From Akkermansiaceae bacterium (lineage in GTDB: Bacteria; Verrucomicrobiota; Verrucomicrobiia; Verrucomicrobiales; Akkermansiaceae), in contig JBPOGF010000007.1 of assembly GCA_051251915.1 (NCBI GenBank), forward strand, positions 32,001 to 96,000: a stretch of 64,000 nt of DNA. The letters run 5' to 3'. Below are positions 40,153-50,040 of the stretch, piece by piece (position 1 is the stretch's first letter; each line of letters starts with the position of its first letter). Under the pieces are notes generated by a model. That model did not search any database, was not told the DNA's origin, and worked only from the letters and a program-made list of their open reading frames with translations. A program made the position numbers and the translations under genes.

Positions 40153-41628
40153 ATGAATTTTAGTATTATTTTTAAGTCACTTGGCTCGCTGATCATGTTG
40201 GTTGGATTGAGCATGATGAGCTGTATGCTTTTGGGTTGGCTGGTTCCGCATCATCGTGAAGGGATGCCTACTAGCTATGAAGGCTGGTGGTTGTCTGTAT
40301 CGATCACGATGTTATCTGGTGCGCTGGCTTATGGGGTTGGGAAGTTTCGTTTGCGTGGGGGTAAGGATAAGAAGATTTTTCGAAGGGAGGCTATTGCTGT
40401 GGTTGGGCTGGGGTGGATTTTGTGTTCGTTTTTTGCGGCGTTACCTCATTATTTGTGTATCCGTGAGGTGACTTATGTTCAGGCGGTTTTTGAGGCTAGC
40501 TCTGGTTTTACCACGACGGGGGCTAGTATTTTTCCTTCTGTGGAGGCACTTTCTGAGACTACATTGCTGTGGCGATCTGTGACTCAGTGGCTTGGTGGGA
40601 TGGGGATTCTTGGGGCGTTTTTGTTGATTTTCTCTGGTGAGTCTAGGGGGAAGACGTTGCTGAGTTTTGAGTCATCGATTCATGGTGCGGATTTGTCTAG
40701 TAGTGATCTGCGGTCTGCGATGCGGAGTTTGTGGAGGATTTATATTGGGCTGACGGTGATTACGATTATTGGGTTGTGGATGATGGATATGACGTTGTTT
40801 CAGGCGGTCAACCACGGGTTTGCGGCGGCTTCTACTGGGGGATTTGGAACTGAGAATGATAGTGTGACGAGCTTCTCTGATGGGGTGAAGCTGTGGTTGT
40901 CTTTATCGATGCTGCTGTGTGGTATTAGTTTCCCGCTTTATATGACGCTACTTAAAAGGAAGGATATCAATGTGCTGAGACGTCACGAGGAGACGCGCTG
41001 GTATCTGATTGTGATCTTTGTATCGATTGTGATTATATCGATCGCTAATTCAGTGACTGAGTGTGTGTCTTGCGAAGTGGATGTGATTTTCAATGTGATC
41101 ACGATTATTACGACTACTGGGTTTGTGGTGGGAGATTATGAGACTTGGCCGATGGTTAGTAAGCAGATCATCATGTTGCTTATGGTGGTGGGTGGCTGCT
41201 CAGGATCTACAGCTGGTGGTCTGAAGGTGAGCCGGGTGCTGCTGTGGATACGGTCGATGAAAAATGAGATTATCCGTGGATTCCGTCCGAATGTGGTGCT
41301 GAAATTACAGATGAATGGTAAGACGGTGGATGACCAGTTGATCCGTTCCGTTTATGTTGTGACTTCTGTTGCGGTGTTCTTCTTTTTGACGGGATCGATG
41401 GCGATGGCGCTGTTGGAACCTCATTTGGATGCGATTACTTGTGCGTCTGCGGTGCTGTCATCAATCTGTAACATTGGGCCGGCATTTTCTCAGCTGGGGC
41501 CAACGCAGAGTTTCTCTATCTTGTCTGGGCCATCGCTTGGATTGCTTTCCATGCTGATGATTCTAGGGAGATTGGAATTTATTGCGGTGTTGGTCTTGCT
41601 TAGTCGGAGACTTTGGAGGAAATATTAG
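40153..41628 (+). CDS. trkH: TrkH-family potassium uptake permease
   Basis: FEASSGFTTTGAS, QWLGGMG, STGGF, GGCSGSTAGGLK, NIGP, GRLE. Confidence 0.93.
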   Translation: MNFSIIFKSLGSLIMLVGLSMMSCMLLGWLVPHHREGMPTSYEGWWLSVSITMLSGALAYGVGKFRLRGGKDKKIFRREAIAVVGLGWILCSFFAALPHYLCIREVTYVQAVFEASSGFTTTGASIFPSVEALSETTLLWRSVTQWLGGMGILGAFLLIFSGESRGKTLLSFESSIHGADLSSSDLRSAMRSLWRIYIGLTVITIIGLWMMDMTLFQAVNHGFAAASTGGFGTENDSVTSFSDGVKLWLSLSMLLCGISFPLYMTLLKRKDINVLRRHEETRWYLIVIFVSIVIISIANSVTECVSCEVDVIFNVITIITTTGFVVGDYETWPMVSKQIIMLLMVVGGCSGSTAGGLKVSRVLLWIRSMKNEIIRGFRPNVVLKLQMNGKTVDDQLIRSVYVVTSVAVFFFLTGSMAMALLEPHLDAITCASAVLSSICNIGPAFSQLGPTQSFSILSGPSLGLLSMLMILGRLEFIAVLVLLSRRLWRKY

Positions 41629-41660
41629 GGGGAGAGATTTTGCTGGGGGTAAGTTTTTAT

Positions 41661-42287
41661 TTATTCTTCTTTGTCTGAGGTTTGCTCTTCTGGGGAATGT
41701 TGGGGTTTTGCTTCGTTTTCGGCTTTGTTTTCGGTTTGGTTTTCGGCCTGATCTTTTGCTTTTTGTTGTTTTCGGTCGTTTCCGTCGAGGAGTTCTGAGA
41801 CTTCTTTTTGGACGGCTTCTACTTTGTCGAGCGGGATGTTGGGGTCGAGAACGATGTAGATTTCGCCGTTTTTGCGGTGCTCGTAGATGCGTAGGATTCC
41901 GTTGGGGGTTTGTTGTTTATCGGTTTCCTTGAGGAGTTTTTTTCTCTCTAGCATGACGGCTAGGATGTAGCGTGCATTTTCGGTGTGCTCTTGGTCTTCT
42001 TCGATGAGTCTGCTGAGGAGCTCCTCTGCGGATTCTTTTGTTACGACTTCGGATTTAGCTTCGATGACGGATGCTTCATAGGTGTTTTTCCAGAATGAGA
42101 ATGGCTTTTGGAGTTCTTCTGGGCGGTCTTTCCATCCTTCTAGTGAGAAGTCCATGCGGAGGTAGCCGCTGGATTCTGGGTCTGGGAATATGGCGGTGTA
42201 GAATTGTTGTTGATCTACAAATTTTACTTCTGTGATAGCGCACTGGTGGGCGCGTGCTTTGATAGACCAAGCTTCTGGTAGTGCCAT
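41661..42287 (-). CDS. Hypothetical protein with low-complexity charged tail
   Basis: 208 aa ORF co-oriented with the lptF/G gene; FSFWK and RYILAVMLERKK motifs; 12 nt repeats encode QAENQTENKAEN. Confidence 0.75.
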   Translation of the reverse strand: MALPEAWSIKARAHQCAITEVKFVDQQQFYTAIFPDPESSGYLRMDFSLEGWKDRPEELQKPFSFWKNTYEASVIEAKSEVVTKESAEELLSRLIEEDQEHTENARYILAVMLERKKLLKETDKQQTPNGILRIYEHRKNGEIYIVLDPNIPLDKVEAVQKEVSELLDGNDRKQQKAKDQAENQTENKAENEAKPQHSPEEQTSDKEE

Positions 42288-42317
42288 GATTTTGAGGTGT
42301 TAGAGTCTGTGAATGGG

Positions 42318-43685
42318 TTACTGACCGTTGGGAATGAGGTTTTTGATGGTCTGGTAAATAGGTTGTCCGGTGATGCGGCGGTAGAAGAGGATGAGGGCGA
42401 TGAATCCGAATAGGATGTTAGTGGCCCAGGCTGCTATGAGTGGTGGAAGGTGGCCGGATTCTCCGAGGGTGGGGAATACGGTGGAGCAGAAGATCATGCC
42501 GGCGCAGAGGAAGATGGCGATGGCGATGCCGCCGCCGACTCCGCGTCTATTGAGCACGATGCCGAGTGGGGCTGCTAGTAGGATGATGATGAGGCAGATG
42601 AATGGCTGTGCGATGCGGTAGTAGAGGTGGGTCTGGTAGGAACGCTTGTCTGAAAGTGGGTTGTCGTGGTGGTTGGCGAGCCAGCTTTTTAGACCTGGGA
42701 TGCCTAGGTATGGGGCTTTGAGTCCTGGGTTGATGATTTGCCAGGGGGTTTCTTTCCAGTCGGTGACGAGGTCGGTCTTGGAGACGGTGACTGGGACGGG
42801 TTGTGGGTTATCAGAATTCACCTCGATGAGGTCGAAGGTGATGGGGTTGTGGAGTGTCCATTGTCGATTTTCCATGGACCAGGTGGCTTGATCTGCGAGG
42901 ATTTTCTGGGTGGCTTTATTGTTGGCGTCGAGTGTGGTGATCTCTATGGACTTTAGGGGTTCTCCTGAGGCATGGGCGAAGGGGAATGAGCCTACTAGCC
43001 AGTGACGGGTGTCTGATCTGTTTTGGAAAGCGACGGATTCAGCGGCGTTTGATGTCTTGCCTTTGGCTTCAGCAAGGATGAGGTCTTCTTGGCTTTCGGC
43101 GTAGGGTGCCCAGTGGTAGTTGAAAATGAGACAAATGATGGTGCAGATTACACCTGCGAAGACGAGTGGTCTGGTGAAGCGGACTACGCCTCTGCCGGTC
43201 TGGATGATGGATACTAGTTCTTGGCTTTTCGACATTTTTCCTAGAGCCCAGAGGAGGGAGAGCATGAGTGAGTATGGGAGAATGAAAACGATGAGCGCCG
43301 GCATCTTGGTAAGGTAGTGCTTGAGCATGATGGAGCCTACTTTATCCGACTGCTGGAAGTCTGAGATGTTGTCCTGGAAATCCTCAAGGAACATGATGAT
43401 GAATAGGGCGCCGAAACAGATGAGGAATGCATTGAAGAAAATCCTGAGTGTGTAGCGATCTAGTCGGTCCATGCAGTAGTAGCCTACGCTACAGATAAAT
43501 GGTAGCGCGCAGAGGGCGCCTAGTAGCCAGATGCGGAGATCGTGGGCTTGGCGGTGTGAGTTAGGGTAGCCAATGAACTGCTCTGCGACAACGGCTTTTT
43601 CGTAAGGGATCAGCACGCATGCTCCTGCTACTCCTATGAGGAGGAGGATGAGAGGAATGAGATACTTTTTGAGGTGAGCTGGCAT
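42318..43685 (-). CDS. LptF/LptG family LPS export permease with extra N-terminal TM segment
   Basis: LDRYTLR, LP.SLMLSLLWALGKM...ELVSI...G, YRIAQPF, LGESGHLPPLIAAW; start moved to MPAHLK. Confidence 0.88.
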   Translation of the reverse strand: MPAHLKKYLIPLILLLIGVAGACVLIPYEKAVVAEQFIGYPNSHRQAHDLRIWLLGALCALPFICSVGYYCMDRLDRYTLRIFFNAFLICFGALFIIMFLEDFQDNISDFQQSDKVGSIMLKHYLTKMPALIVFILPYSLMLSLLWALGKMSKSQELVSIIQTGRGVVRFTRPLVFAGVICTIICLIFNYHWAPYAESQEDLILAEAKGKTSNAAESVAFQNRSDTRHWLVGSFPFAHASGEPLKSIEITTLDANNKATQKILADQATWSMENRQWTLHNPITFDLIEVNSDNPQPVPVTVSKTDLVTDWKETPWQIINPGLKAPYLGIPGLKSWLANHHDNPLSDKRSYQTHLYYRIAQPFICLIIILLAAPLGIVLNRRGVGGGIAIAIFLCAGMIFCSTVFPTLGESGHLPPLIAAWATNILFGFIALILFYRRITGQPIYQTIKNLIPNGQ

Positions 43686-43837
43686 GAATTCCTGTGAATG
43701 ATCATCTCTAGTGGTGGTTCTTTCAAGCATTTAGATAGAGGAGTTGGTAATTTATAGTAAGTGATGATCTTGTTGGGGCTGGAGTTTACGTTGTGCATTC
43801 GGGTTGTAATCTTAGAAAGTTTACTTATCGTGGCTTT

Positions 43838-44347
43838 ATGCAGGTCACGATAAAGCATCTTTATATTTCAAATGGACACAATTATTTCGGTCGTTATGGG
43901 AAGGGTTCGCTCGCTCATGAGATAGAGGAGCGGAATGGCATAGAGCTGGTTTCGGGTAGTGGGGTCAGGGATGATCGATTTTTTGATTATGAGGAAGATT
44001 ACAAAGGACAGATTACTTTTTTTGATTGGGCTGTGTATGAAAGGGTGAGGGATGAGGTGGTGAAGGGTGATCTGGAGCCGAGTAAGTTTAGGCGTAATGT
44101 GGTATTAGAAGGGGTGGATCTGAATAGGCTGATCGGGAAGCGATTTTCACTGGGAGGGATAGAGTTTACTGGCTCTGGGGAATGTAAGCCGTGTTTCTGG
44201 ATGGATGAGGCGTGTGCAGATGGGGCGTTTGAGTCTCTGAAAGGTAGGGGAGGTCTGCGGGCTAGGATCTTGAATGATGGGGAGTTGAGTGCTGGGAGCT
44301 ATGAATTAGAAATCTTAGGGGATGTTATTGAAAATGAAGAAGTCTGA
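43838..44347 (+). CDS. MOSC domain protein
   Basis: GHNYFGR, GQITFF, FRRNVV, CKPCFWMD, GRGGLRARIL. Confidence 0.88.
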   Translation: MQVTIKHLYISNGHNYFGRYGKGSLAHEIEERNGIELVSGSGVRDDRFFDYEEDYKGQITFFDWAVYERVRDEVVKGDLEPSKFRRNVVLEGVDLNRLIGKRFSLGGIEFTGSGECKPCFWMDEACADGAFESLKGRGGLRARILNDGELSAGSYELEILGDVIENEEV

Positions 44348-45137
44348 GTCAGTAGAGATTATCAAGCTGCGTGGAGGTGAGGCGGAGGAGATGGTAGACT
44401 TGGTGGCTGTGGAGGAGCCGCTACAGATCACTGTGGATGGAGTTCCTATCGCGGTGGTGATGCGGACGGTGGGGGATGATGCGGATCTGGTGATGGGGTT
44501 TCTCATGACTGAGGGGATTATTGATGATGTGGGTGCTGTTAGACGGATTGATTTAGAGCAGAAGCAGAACCATGCGCTGGTTTTTCTGGAGGATGATGTG
44601 CAGGTGGATCTGGCTAGGTTGCAGAGGAATCTTTATAGTGCGAGTAGCTGTGGGATCTGTGGTAAGGCGAGTATTGATGAGGTGTTTTTGCAGATCAAAG
44701 TGACTGAGGGTGCTAGTGCTGGGGGTAAGTTTTCTATTAGCAGGGAGGCTCTAGTAGAGGCGCCTAGTAGGCTGAAGGATTCGCAGGATGTGTTTGAGCA
44801 GACTGGGGGATTGCATGCTGCTGGGTTGTTTAATGGGGATGGGGAGTTGTTGATTATCCGGGAGGATGTGGGGCGGCATAATGCGATAGATAAGGTGATA
44901 GGGCAGGCGTTGGTGAGTGGGGTGGATTTGAGGCAAGTGGCGTTGCAACTATCTGGGCGAGTGTCGTTTGAGGTAGTGCAGAAGGCTTTGATGGTGGGGA
45001 TCCCGTTGGTGTCAGCGATTTCAGCGCCTACTTCATTGGCGATAGATTTTGCGAAGCGTGGAGATCTTACTTTGGTAGGGTTTATGCGTGGTGAGAGGAT
45101 GAATATTTATTCTGGGGCTGATAGAATCAATTGGTAG
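44334..45137 (+). CDS. fdhD: Formate dehydrogenase accessory sulfurtransferase
   Basis: VAVEEPL, MRT, SSCGICG, TGGLHAA, REDVGRHNA.DK, SGRVSFE, SAPTSLA. Confidence 0.95.
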   Translation: MKKSESVEIIKLRGGEAEEMVDLVAVEEPLQITVDGVPIAVVMRTVGDDADLVMGFLMTEGIIDDVGAVRRIDLEQKQNHALVFLEDDVQVDLARLQRNLYSASSCGICGKASIDEVFLQIKVTEGASAGGKFSISREALVEAPSRLKDSQDVFEQTGGLHAAGLFNGDGELLIIREDVGRHNAIDKVIGQALVSGVDLRQVALQLSGRVSFEVVQKALMVGIPLVSAISAPTSLAIDFAKRGDLTLVGFMRGERMNIYSGADRINW

Positions 45138-45236
45138 TGTGGGGTGAATGGTATGTTCTGGTGATTGATCTGTTGATTTCAAAAAAAGCAAAGATACTGA
45201 GGTGACAAGCTAAAGAAAATAGGGCAGACATCTAGT

Positions 45237-46271
45237 GTGCAACTTACTATACAAGAAATAATTGATCTCACAGGAGCCAAGCTCGTGCAGGGAGGGGCAG
45301 ACCACAATGTCTCAGGAGTGGCGTCATTAGATGAAGCAGGTAACGATGAAGTCTCATTTCTAGGGAATGAGAAATATTTTCAAGATTTTCTCACTACTCA
45401 AGCTGGTGTGGTTTTGGTGCCGGGGAATTTACCTCAGCGGCCAGAAAATACTATTTTACTCGAAATTGAAAATCCGTCTTATGCTTTTGCAGCAGTGGTG
45501 AAGGTGTTGGCGACTAAGCAGAGAACTGTTAGCTACGGAATTCATCCTAGTGCGGTGATAGCAGATGATGTGGTGATCAATCCTGAGAAGGTATCGATCA
45601 AGCCAGGTGTGATCATTGAGTCAGGATGTAGTATTGGTGATGGCACGGAGATTGGTTCTGGTGTGGTGATTTGTGAAGGGAGCAAAGTGGGGGAGGATTG
45701 TTTATTTTATCCTAATGTTACGGTGCGTGAGCATTGTCAGATTGGTGATCGCGTGATCCTTCAGCCGGGTTGTGTGATTGGTTCTGATGGCTATGGTTAC
45801 GAGCTTGTGGATGGTAGGCATACGAAGGTGGATCAAGTCGGGATCGTAGTTTTAGAGGATGATGTGGAAATAGGTGCGAATACCGCGATAGATCGCGCTC
45901 GATTTGGGAAAACGATCATCGGTGAAGGCACGAAGGTGGATAATTTAGTCCAAATAGCGCATAATGTGCAGACTGAGAAGCATTGTCTTATTGTCTCCCA
46001 GAGTGGGTTGGCTGGAAGTTCTAAGCTCGGGAATTATGTCACTGTTGCAGCTCAGGCTGGAGTGGGTGGGCATATTAAAATAGGAGATAAAGCGATTCTT
46101 GCTGGTAGAGCGGGAGCTACGAAGTCACTCCCTGGTGATGCTGTTTATTCTGGTTTTCCAGCAAGACCGATGCGTGAAGAGACTAGGAAGCAAGGTTCAC
46201 TGAGTAAGCTGCCTCAACTGATCAAGGATGTGAGGCAGATGAAGCAACAACTTGAGGAGGGGGGCAGCTAG
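45237..46271 (+). CDS. lpxD: UDP-3-O-(3-hydroxyacyl)glucosamine N-acyltransferase
   Basis: Hexapeptide repeats, IGSDGYGY, EIGANTAIDR, KVDNLVQIAHNV. Confidence 0.96.
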   Translation: MQLTIQEIIDLTGAKLVQGGADHNVSGVASLDEAGNDEVSFLGNEKYFQDFLTTQAGVVLVPGNLPQRPENTILLEIENPSYAFAAVVKVLATKQRTVSYGIHPSAVIADDVVINPEKVSIKPGVIIESGCSIGDGTEIGSGVVICEGSKVGEDCLFYPNVTVREHCQIGDRVILQPGCVIGSDGYGYELVDGRHTKVDQVGIVVLEDDVEIGANTAIDRARFGKTIIGEGTKVDNLVQIAHNVQTEKHCLIVSQSGLAGSSKLGNYVTVAAQAGVGGHIKIGDKAILAGRAGATKSLPGDAVYSGFPARPMREETRKQGSLSKLPQLIKDVRQMKQQLEEGGS

Positions 46272-46319
46272 GCTAGTCCTTTAGTTCCCTTGGGATGGGG
46301 CTATTAATGGTATTTCTAG

Positions 46320-46348
46320 TTGCAATCTCATATTACCAAGAGTAAGAA
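46320..46348 (+). promoter_or_regulatory. Putative sigma70 promoter of the YlbF-like gene
   Basis: TTGCAA-17 nt-TAAGAA, 6 nt before the ATG. Confidence 0.5.
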
Positions 46349-46354
46349 CCATTC

Positions 46355-46789
46355 ATGAGCATGATCTTAGAAGAATCAGCAGTAACCGCAAAAACAAAAG
46401 AGCTATGTGCTACAATTGTTGAGCAGGAATCATTCGTAAAACTACAATCTCAAGTAGAGGCATTTCTTAATAACGACGAGGCAAGACTACAATACCAGTC
46501 CGTCCACGAAAGTGGTGATGCCCTTAATCAGAAACAACGTTCAGGCGTAGAACTCAGCGATTCAGAAATTACTGAATTCGAGCAAGCGCGTGAGCAACTA
46601 CTCCAAAACTCAGTTGTGACTGACTTTATGTCAGCCCAAAAAGAACTTCAAGAAATCCAAAATACCGTTGGTAAAATGGTGAGCTTGACTCTTGAGCTAG
46701 GACGCGTCCCTACAGCGGACGACATCGAAACTGCCAGCAGTGGTGGTGGATGTTGCGGTGGTGGTGGCGGTGGCGGCTGCGGTTGCTAG
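46355..46789 (+). CDS. YlbF/YmcA (Com_YlbF) family protein with Cys/Gly-rich tail
   Basis: KELCATI..., KQRSG, NSVVTDFMSAQ helical pattern; ends GGCCGGGGGGGCGC. Confidence 0.75.
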   Translation: MSMILEESAVTAKTKELCATIVEQESFVKLQSQVEAFLNNDEARLQYQSVHESGDALNQKQRSGVELSDSEITEFEQAREQLLQNSVVTDFMSAQKELQEIQNTVGKMVSLTLELGRVPTADDIETASSGGGCCGGGGGGGCGC

Positions 46790-46882
46790 TTTAGCTGGTC
46801 AAATAAATAAAAATATGAATAATGTTGCGAGCTACCTAGGTAGCTCGCAATTACTGTACAGGCTGAGCAATCACAGAAAATT

Positions 46883-48529
46883 ATGGACCCTGAACTAGAA
46901 ACACTCGAAGCATCATTTAATACTAGGATTGAGCAATGGATTTCCAAACAAGGCCTGTTGTTCCAGTTTACTCATGATACTGGCTCGGGTTCTATGTTTC
47001 CGAAGATTTGTGGGCTGTTGTTCAGGCTGCTTATCCTAGTTCTTATTGGGGTAGGACTATTTTGGTTTTATCTTACTAACAGACCGCATTCAGAAGCATT
47101 CAAGCTAGACGTTGAGCAGCAGATTGCAAAAGGCTTGAATGCTAGGGAAGTAGAAATTTCTAATATAAGTAGAGCCAAAGGTGGGATGCTGACTGGTGAA
47201 ATGCTACTTTCCGCACTTGCGCTAGGTGAGACGAAGAATTCCTTTTTTGAAGATTGGCATGTGAAAGAAGAGGATGTGTCTGTGGTGGGACGTAGATCAA
47301 TCGTTGATAGAACTAAGACTGCTACGTTTCAGGGAGTGAACCTATCTCCACTTGGTATAGGTGATAACTATTTCTCGGGCTGGAGCGCTAAAGAAATCAG
47401 TATCTTAAAAATGGAGCTTAAGCTGAAGACTGGCGATGTTTCAGATGATCAAGCTATGGCTGCCTACTCGACTCTTTTTAGAGATCATGATACACTGAAG
47501 ATTGATGCTATTCAGGTTTTTGATGCCACTATACTCTGGGGCCACTCCGAAACGACAGCGGGGGCTATCAAAGGTGCACAGCTCGATATTACGAAGGGTT
47601 TGGACACATGGGAAATTAATATTACTGGAGGAACATTTTCACATAGCTGGCTACAAAATGCAGAGATCGAACAGATGAGGGTACTTTGTCACCGGTCTGG
47701 AGAGGTGAATATCGAATCAGCTTCACTCAAGCTCGGTGAAGGGACGCTTCGCTTGAATGCTTCAATCCAAGTGAAAGCGCAGCCTGAACTTAAGGGGAGC
47801 TACAGTTTTGAAGATGTTGAGGTGACGGATCTTATTGGTCACAGCTACGAAGACTGGCTTGACGGAAACATTGATGGATCTGGTGAGGTAACGGGTAAGT
47901 TGAACTCAGCTAAAGGTCTCACTGTGACAACAGCGATTAATTTAACAGGGAAGACGAAGTCGATAGCAGATACTGATACATCGTCTAAAGTGCTTGATGG
48001 TAAGAAGGACAGTGTAATTATTATCAGAGGGGATAATTTCCAGTTGCTTAAGCTGATGCAGATGAAAGATCCTAGAAATAGTTATTCTCTACTCCGAGCC
48101 CATAAAGGCACGGTAATTGTTGAAAACCAGGGTTCAAACACACAAGTAACTATTAAAGATGTGCGATGTGGTCAAAACGATCTTATTCTTATGAAAGGAC
48201 AATTCGATTATTCGATGGGAGCTGCTGAGTCTAAGGATGAAATTATTGATGCATCAAGCCTAACACTGACAGAATCGGAAGAGAATCCTGCCGGAAATCG
48301 CAGAGAGGAAGCAGTTTCAGACTTAGTAAGAGCTTTTTCAGGCAGTATTGAGCTAGGCTTGATCCCTGAGGTGTTTGAGAACAACATAAAAGTGTTAGAT
48401 GTCTATCCTGTGGACAATTCGACGCTGAGAGTGTGGTTTGACATTAAGCTTAAGGGACAACTGGAAGAGCTTACTGAAGAATTAGCGGACAAGCTTTACG
48501 ACATTATGAAAGAGGCTGAAAATAATTAG
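46883..48529 (+). CDS. Membrane-anchored hypothetical protein, possibly AsmA-like beta-rich
   Basis: One N-proximal TM helix followed by long alternating beta-strand patterns (ASLKLGEGTLRLNASI, LDGNIDGSGEVTG). Confidence 0.65.
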   Translation: MDPELETLEASFNTRIEQWISKQGLLFQFTHDTGSGSMFPKICGLLFRLLILVLIGVGLFWFYLTNRPHSEAFKLDVEQQIAKGLNAREVEISNISRAKGGMLTGEMLLSALALGETKNSFFEDWHVKEEDVSVVGRRSIVDRTKTATFQGVNLSPLGIGDNYFSGWSAKEISILKMELKLKTGDVSDDQAMAAYSTLFRDHDTLKIDAIQVFDATILWGHSETTAGAIKGAQLDITKGLDTWEINITGGTFSHSWLQNAEIEQMRVLCHRSGEVNIESASLKLGEGTLRLNASIQVKAQPELKGSYSFEDVEVTDLIGHSYEDWLDGNIDGSGEVTGKLNSAKGLTVTTAINLTGKTKSIADTDTSSKVLDGKKDSVIIIRGDNFQLLKLMQMKDPRNSYSLLRAHKGTVIVENQGSNTQVTIKDVRCGQNDLILMKGQFDYSMGAAESKDEIIDASSLTLTESEENPAGNRREEAVSDLVRAFSGSIELGLIPEVFENNIKVLDVYPVDNSTLRVWFDIKLKGQLEELTEELADKLYDIMKEAENN

Positions 48530-48548
48530 AATTAGATGCAGAAAGTTC

Positions 48549-48584
48549 TTGCGGAATTGGGAAGACTGGCATAGGTTGCCGCCC
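48549..48584 (+). promoter_or_regulatory. Putative stable-RNA promoter of the tRNA
   Basis: TTGCGG-17 nt-TAGGTT followed by the GC-rich discriminator GCCGCCC. Confidence 0.6.
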
Positions 48585-48641
48585 GAGTCAGCAAGCAACA
48601 AGCAGTAAGCAGCAGACTTAAGCGACTAACAACTTTTTAAT

Positions 48642-48718
<77 letters not shown>

Positions 48719-48722
48719 ATCT

Positions 48723-48757
48723 AAAAGTCTCACTTTCAAACGAAAGTGAGGCTTTTT
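48723..48757 (+). terminator. Terminator of the tRNA
   Basis: AAAAGTCTCACTTTC-AAAC-GAAAGTGAGGCTTTTT. Confidence 0.85.
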
Positions 48758-48961
48758 GTTTGTGATTATGTTAGCAACGCTGAGTTGAGTGTTCTAGATT
48801 ACAGTGAGTAGTTAGTAAGGACTTCGCGAGGTAATGGCTGAACCTGTCGTCTAATGAATAAGCTCCTAGCTCTGAATGAATAAATCCTGTATTGGAGAGG
48901 GGAGCATCAGATATAAAGATCAAAGGTCTTTAGCTTTTGTGCTTGTAGGCAAGTCTAGACG

Positions 48962-49121
48962 TAGACCCATTTCCAAAAGTCTGTTCGCCTATCTCTAGAT
49001 AAGAATTTCCAATCTCTGCGTTACTCTTCGACGGAGATGCCTACACCACAATCTCATCGCGCCTTGTTCTAGAAAATTCATCTGCCGAATCTAACCGAAC
49101 GAACTTTTGGAAAAGGGTCTA
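48962..49121. mobile_element. MITE-like palindromic element, 160 bp
   Basis: Imperfect 26 bp terminal IR (TAGACCCATTTCCAAAAGTCTGTTCG vs reverse complement TAGACCCTTTTCCAAAAGTTCGTTCG); TA at both ends; nested internal IRs; no ORF. Confidence 0.7.
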
Positions 49122-49249
49122 AGTGTGTCAGGCTGGGTGGGAGATGGGGCCTGATAGGTTGAAACGCTACTTGATTATGCAATCAATGCATAGCAGAGGA
49201 ACCGTAGAGCAGGTGATCCGATTGCTAGGTGTTACGTGTATTGGTCAGA

Positions 49250-50038
49250 CTAGCCTATCCAATTTAGCTTTTGGGCGATGGAGAAGAAGTCCATGGCCAT
49301 GGCTAGGGCGACGTGGAGGACTACGGCTCCCCAGATGGATTTGGTTCTGGCTGCTATCCAGCAGAAGATGATGCCTCCTATGATGGCGAAGATTGTCTCA
49401 GGGAATGGTTTGCCAAAATGGAGCATGCAGTAGGGGACCATGGAGACAAAGAAGGCTGAGTCACCCATTTTAGGGCGCAGAGAGAAGAGCAGGTAGCCTC
49501 GGAAGAAGAATTCTAGGGCAAAGAAGCGAAATGCTCTACCAACCCAGAATAGGGCGTATAGGTCCGGTGCTTCTTGAAAGTATTTGTAGTAGGGGTATTT
49601 ATTTTGGAAGCTTTGCTGAAAAGAGGCGAAGTATGCGAGAATGATTACGATAACAAGCATGACGCCATAGATCCAGAGGTGAGAATAACTGGTCGGGAGT
49701 CGGAGCCCATAGTCTCTGAGTTTTTCTTTCCTGCACCTGATAATGATCCACGGGATAATAAAGTAGATAGTAACGCCGAAGACTACCCAATAGAGTTTAG
49801 CTGCGAAGGTGATTTTCTCGACAGTTCCAAAGCTGTAGAAGAAATCTTTGAAGTATTGGATACTATGGTTCGTCTTGCCGTAGTAGGTCAGCAAGGTCAT
49901 GATGAGAGCTGTGTAGGTGAGAGCTATCCAGACTTTAGCATCTACTTGTGGAAGGGTGAGCTTAGAGTGCTCAGGGGCAGGATCTGGCTCGGTAGGTGGA
50001 CTTTTGGAGTTAGGGGTTTTGTAAGGTGAGGATTCCAT
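49250..50038 (-). CDS. CPBP (Abi/type II CAAX protease-like) intramembrane glutamic endopeptidase
   Basis: LEFFFRG, HFGKP..E, SIWGAVVLH motifs; multi-TM. Confidence 0.88.
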   Translation of the reverse strand: MESSPYKTPNSKSPPTEPDPAPEHSKLTLPQVDAKVWIALTYTALIMTLLTYYGKTNHSIQYFKDFFYSFGTVEKITFAAKLYWVVFGVTIYFIIPWIIIRCRKEKLRDYGLRLPTSYSHLWIYGVMLVIVIILAYFASFQQSFQNKYPYYKYFQEAPDLYALFWVGRAFRFFALEFFFRGYLLFSLRPKMGDSAFFVSMVPYCMLHFGKPFPETIFAIIGGIIFCWIAARTKSIWGAVVLHVALAMAMDFFSIAQKLNWIG

Positions 50039-50040
50039 GA

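Noticed and set aside
49123..49371. 82 aa + strand ORF next to the MITE-like element as a possible transposase remnant
   Set aside because: No transposase motifs; half overlaps the CPBP gene antisense
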